Shown here in pieces: positions 60,864-64,000 of a stretch of 64,000 nucleotides of DNA. The position numbers and the translations under genes were made by a program. The DNA comes from a bacterium. GTDB lineage: Bacteria > UBA8248. The notes below the pieces were generated by a model, which had not been told where the DNA came from, did no database searches, and worked only from the letters and a program-made list of their open reading frames with translations. The DNA is taken from NCBI GenBank assembly GCA_965202625.1, contig CBDBBI010000010.1, positions 2,592,001 to 2,656,000 of the forward strand, read 5' to 3'. How positions within the stretch are numbered: position 1 is the stretch's first letter; the number at the start of each line of letters is the position of its first letter.

Positions 60864-60936
60864 GCCCACGTAGCTCAGCCGGCAGAGCACTTCCTTGGTA
60901 AGGAAGAGGTCACCGGTTCAAGTCCGGTCGTGGGCT
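60864..60936 (+). tRNA. tRNA-Thr(GGT)
   Basis: GCCCACG/CGTGGGC, loop TTGGTAA; CCA not encoded. Confidence 0.95.
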
Positions 60937-61160
60937 CAATGGCGTGGAATTCATTGAAATTTTGAAACCCCGACGTTATTTTGGGGGCACAGCGAATTTT
61001 TGAGATTCGCGGGTTCTGCTGTTCCGGATAGACAAAGTTTCGATGCAGCGTGTATAAAGCAAGCGCGTTTTCGAGGAGTCCTGAATTAGGGGGGGAATGG
61101 CTTCCTCGCCCCGTCGCTGAAGATTATTCTTGGAAGTTCAAACAAGAGGGGAGCAGCTCC

Positions 61161-62339
61161 ATGGCGAAGGCGAAGTTTGAGCGGACGAAGCCGCACGTGA
61201 ACGTAGGGACGATAGGTCACGTTGATCACGGGAAGACGACTCTGACGGCGGCGATCACGCGGCATTTGTCTGGGAAGGGGATGGCGCAGGAGGTAGGGTT
61301 TGACGAGATAGACAAGGCGCCGGAGGAGCGCGAGCGAGGGATAACGATAGCGACGGCGCATGTGGAGTATGAGACGGAGCGTCGGCACTACGCGCACGTG
61401 GATTGTCCTGGTCATGCGGATTATGTGAAGAACATGATAACGGGCGCGGCGCAGATGGATGGTGCGATTTTAGTGGTTTCTGCTGCGGATGGTCCGATGC
61501 CGCAGACGCGGGAGCACATTCTGTTGGCGCGCCAGGTGGGGGTTCCGTATATTTGCGTGTATTTGAACAAGGTGGACATGGTGGACGACGAGGAGTTGCT
61601 GGAGTTGGTGGAGTTGGAGGTTCGGGAGTTGCTCTCGACGTATGAGTTTCCTGGAGACGACATACCAGTGGTTCGCGGCTCTGCGCTTCGGGCTTTGGAG
61701 GGGAGCGATACGGGTTCGATAGATGATTTGATGGAAGCGGTGGACGAGTATATTCCTGAGCCTGTTCGGGACGTTGACAAGCCGTTTTTGATGCCTGTGG
61801 AGGATGTGTTCTCGATATCGGGTCGAGGGACGGTGGCGACGGGTCGGGTGGAGCGCGGGGTTGTGAACGTGGGGGACGATGTAGAGATAGTGGGGATAAC
61901 GGATACGCGGAAGACGGTGGCGACGGGCGTGGAGATGTTTCGCAAGTTGCTGGATCAGGGTCGTGCGGGCGACAACGTGGGAGTTTTGCTTCGGGGTGTG
62001 AAGAAAGACGAGATAGAGCGGGGGCAGGTTTTGTCGGCGCCCACGTCAATACTGCCGCATCTGAAGTTCAAGGGCGAGGTGTATATTCTGACGAAGGAGG
62101 AAGGGGGTCGTCACACGCCGTTTTTTAACGGGTATCGTCCACAGTTTTATTTTCGGACGACGGATGTGACGGGTCTGGTGACGTTGCCGGAGGGTCGAGA
62201 GATGGTGATGCCCGGAGACAACGTGTCTCTGGACGTGGAGTTGATAACGCCGATAGCGATGGAGCGCGAGTTGCGGTTCGCGATACGCGAGGGTGGGCGC
62301 ACGGTGGGTGCCGGCGTCGTCACCGAAGTCCTCCAGTAG
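61161..62339 (+). CDS. tuf: Elongation factor Tu
   Basis: [36 protein letters not shown]. Confidence 0.99.
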   Translation: MAKAKFERTKPHVNVGTIGHVDHGKTTLTAAITRHLSGKGMAQEVGFDEIDKAPEERERGITIATAHVEYETERRHYAHVDCPGHADYVKNMITGAAQMDGAILVVSAADGPMPQTREHILLARQVGVPYICVYLNKVDMVDDEELLELVELEVRELLSTYEFPGDDIPVVRGSALRALEGSDTGSIDDLMEAVDEYIPEPVRDVDKPFLMPVEDVFSISGRGTVATGRVERGVVNVGDDVEIVGITDTRKTVATGVEMFRKLLDQGRAGDNVGVLLRGVKKDEIERGQVLSAPTSILPHLKFKGEVYILTKEEGGRHTPFFNGYRPQFYFRTTDVTGLVTLPEGREMVMPGDNVSLDVELITPIAMERELRFAIREGGRTVGAGVVTEVLQ

Positions 62340-62387
62340 CCGTGAAAAAAAGGTAGCGTTTGGAGTCGTTTGTCAGGTTTTTATTAA

Positions 62388-62463
62388 AGGCCAGTGGCTC
62401 AATTGGTAGAGCACCGGACTCCAAATCCGGCGGTTGGGGGTTCGAGTCCCTCCTGGCCTGCCA
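62388..62463 (+). tRNA. tRNA-Trp(CCA)
   Basis: AGGCCAG/CTGGCCT, loop CTCCAAA, CCA. Confidence 0.97.
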
Positions 62464-62503
62464 TGCGCCCGAAGGCGAAGTCTCGGCTACGGAGAGTGGA
62501 TGA

Positions 62504-62719
62504 ATGCATAATAAGGTAGTGGGCTGGATTCACGAGGGGCGCTCCTTTCTGAGAGACGTGCAAAGCGAGGCGAAGCGCGTGACGTGGCTGGACAGACGCC
62601 AGACGGCGGCGCAAACCGCGGTTGCGCTCGTCTTCGTCTTTATCATAGCGATATATTTGGGCCTCGTCGATTTGGGTTTGTCCCGATTCGTCAGCTATAT
62701 CCTTAACTTTGGTTTCTAA
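62504..62719 (+). CDS. secE: Preprotein translocase subunit SecE
   Basis: FLRDVQSEAKRVTW plus a single TM; between tRNA-Trp and nusG. Confidence 0.88.
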   Translation: MHNKVVGWIHEGRSFLRDVQSEAKRVTWLDRRQTAAQTAVALVFVFIIAIYLGLVDLGLSRFVSYILNFGF

Positions 62720-62732
62720 TCAGGGTTCGGTC

Positions 62733-63281
62733 ATGTCTGAAAAAAAGTGGTATGTGGTCCACACCTATTCGGGTTTCGAGAACAAGGTGAAGCACTCTAT
62801 TGAGGAGCAGTTTCGCGGAAAGCCGTATGAGGAGCAACTCGGCGACATCGTGGTGCCCACCGAGCAGGTGGTGAAGGTGCAGGGTGGAAAGAAGCGGACG
62901 AGCTCCCGAAAATTTTTTCCCGGCTATGTCCTGATTCAGATGGAGTGCGGCGAGGGAGGGCAACTGCCCACGGAGACCTGGTATGTTGTCAAGAACACCC
63001 CGAAGGTGACCGGTTTTCTCGGCGGAACCGCTCCGAGCCCCATTTCGGACGAGGAGATGGAGAACATTCTCAAGCAGATGAGAGGAGAGGTCGAAAAGCC
63101 CAAGCCCAAAATCGATTTTGAAAAGGGAGAGAACATTCGGGTGATAGACGGACCTTTCGTGAATTTCACGGGCGAGATTGACGAGGTTCACCCCGACAGA
63201 GGGAAGCTGAAGGTTATGGTCAGTATTTTTGGCCGTGCGACGCCGGTGGAACTTGAGATGCTCCAGGTGGAGAAGGTCTAG
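62733..63281 (+). CDS. nusG: Transcription antitermination factor NusG
   Basis: KWYVVHTYSGFENKV, FFPGYVL, KOW motif DGPFVNF.G, IFGRATPVEL. Confidence 0.97.
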   Translation: MSEKKWYVVHTYSGFENKVKHSIEEQFRGKPYEEQLGDIVVPTEQVVKVQGGKKRTSSRKFFPGYVLIQMECGEGGQLPTETWYVVKNTPKVTGFLGGTAPSPISDEEMENILKQMRGEVEKPKPKIDFEKGENIRVIDGPFVNFTGEIDEVHPDRGKLKVMVSIFGRATPVELEMLQVEKV

Positions 63282-63398
63282 GCGAGGTGTGCGCGTCCGC
63301 GGGATGCCTGGCAATGGTTCGGAACGTTCGACAGAGGAAAAACCCAGGAGAGGTTTGAAGTATCAAAACCCGCGCCTTGTGAGGGAGAAAATGCCTAA

Positions 63399-63824
63399 AT
63401 GGCTAGAGAAGTAGTGGGCATCATTAAACTTCAGATACCGGCTGGTCAGGCGAACCCCGCCCCTCCTGTGGGCCCTGCCCTCGGCCAGCGGGGCGTGAAT
63501 ATCATGGAATTTTGCAAGACCTTCAACGCACAGACCCAGGGGAAGGAAGGCACGATCATTCCGGTCGTGCTCTCTGTGTACACGGACAAAAGCTTTACTT
63601 TTATCATGAAAAGTCCGCCCGCCTCCGCTCTCTTGAAGCGGGCGGCCGCCTTGGCGAAAGGCTCCTCTGAGCCCGGCCGCGACGGCGTGGGCAGCGTGAC
63701 GCGCAAGCAAGTCGAGGAAATAGCGGAGATCAAAAAAGAGGATTTGAACAGCGTTGACCTTGATGGTGCCGTCAGGATCATTGAGGGCACGGCCCGGAGC
63801 ATGGGAATTGAGGTGAGCGGATAG
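63399..63824 (+). CDS. rplK: 50S ribosomal protein L11
   Basis: [31 protein letters not shown]. Confidence 0.98.
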   Translation: MAREVVGIIKLQIPAGQANPAPPVGPALGQRGVNIMEFCKTFNAQTQGKEGTIIPVVLSVYTDKSFTFIMKSPPASALLKRAAALAKGSSEPGRDGVGSVTRKQVEEIAEIKKEDLNSVDLDGAVRIIEGTARSMGIEVSG

Positions 63825-63844
63825 TTATTGGTTTTTGGCCCAAA

Positions 63845-63878
63845 GTGGGAGGTGCTCCTTGAGCACCGCGTGGACCAC
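63845..63878 (+). promoter_or_regulatory. L1-binding autoregulatory RNA leader before rplA
   Basis: GTGGGAG-GTGCTC-CTT-GAGCAC-CGCGTGGACCAC: hairpin with a GGGAG internal loop like the L1 site, next to the RBS. Confidence 0.65.
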
Positions 63879-63894
63879 GATGAAGGAGGCGGAA

Positions 63895-64000
63895 ATGCCG
63901 AGGCGGGGAAAGAAATATCGAGTCGCTCGAGAGCGGATCGAGAAGGAGGGCTTTCGTGAACTCTCAGATGCCGTGGATTTGGTGAAGGAGGTATCCCCGG
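63895..64000 (+). CDS. rplA: 50S ribosomal protein L1, 5' part (truncated by window end)
   Basis: AAGGAGG RBS, MPRRGKKYR..LSDAVDLVKE; follows rplK. Confidence 0.9.
   Translation, partial: MPRRGKKYRVARERIEKEGFRELSDAVDLVKEVSP

Overview
Bacterial chromosomal window, mostly GC-rich with AT-richer patches. Gene order and content resemble Deltaproteobacteria/Nitrospinota-type genomes, but the taxon cannot be fixed from the sequence. The housekeeping backbone includes hrcA, prmA-rsmE-purD, a sigma-54 two-component pair, tmk-holB-ricT-metG-tatD/radical SAM, groES-groEL, gpsA, dcd, moaC, PIN/TRAM-ispD-ispF-cysS-rlmB, five tRNAs, tuf and secE-nusG-rplK-rplA. Two accessory zones interrupt it. The first (about 18.6-29.5 kb) is a defence island with two Type II-like R-M pairs, a nuclease remnant, an Lhr helicase and a fused CapRel-like toxSAS. 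The second (50.0-54.4 kb) is a Type III R-M system whose mod gene is out of frame because of an 18-copy 7-bp repeat, a likely phase-variation switch. Signals the ORF track misses: an OsmC-family selenoprotein candidate split at an in-frame UGA with a SECIS-like hairpin; a candidate sigma-54-dependent small RNA with an anti-Shine-Dalgarno loop; two CIRCE operators; DnaA- and NrdR-like boxes before dcd; an ArsR operator; an L1 autoregulatory leader; and several pseudogenes that suggest ongoing decay. All family calls come from motif recognition, not database searches.
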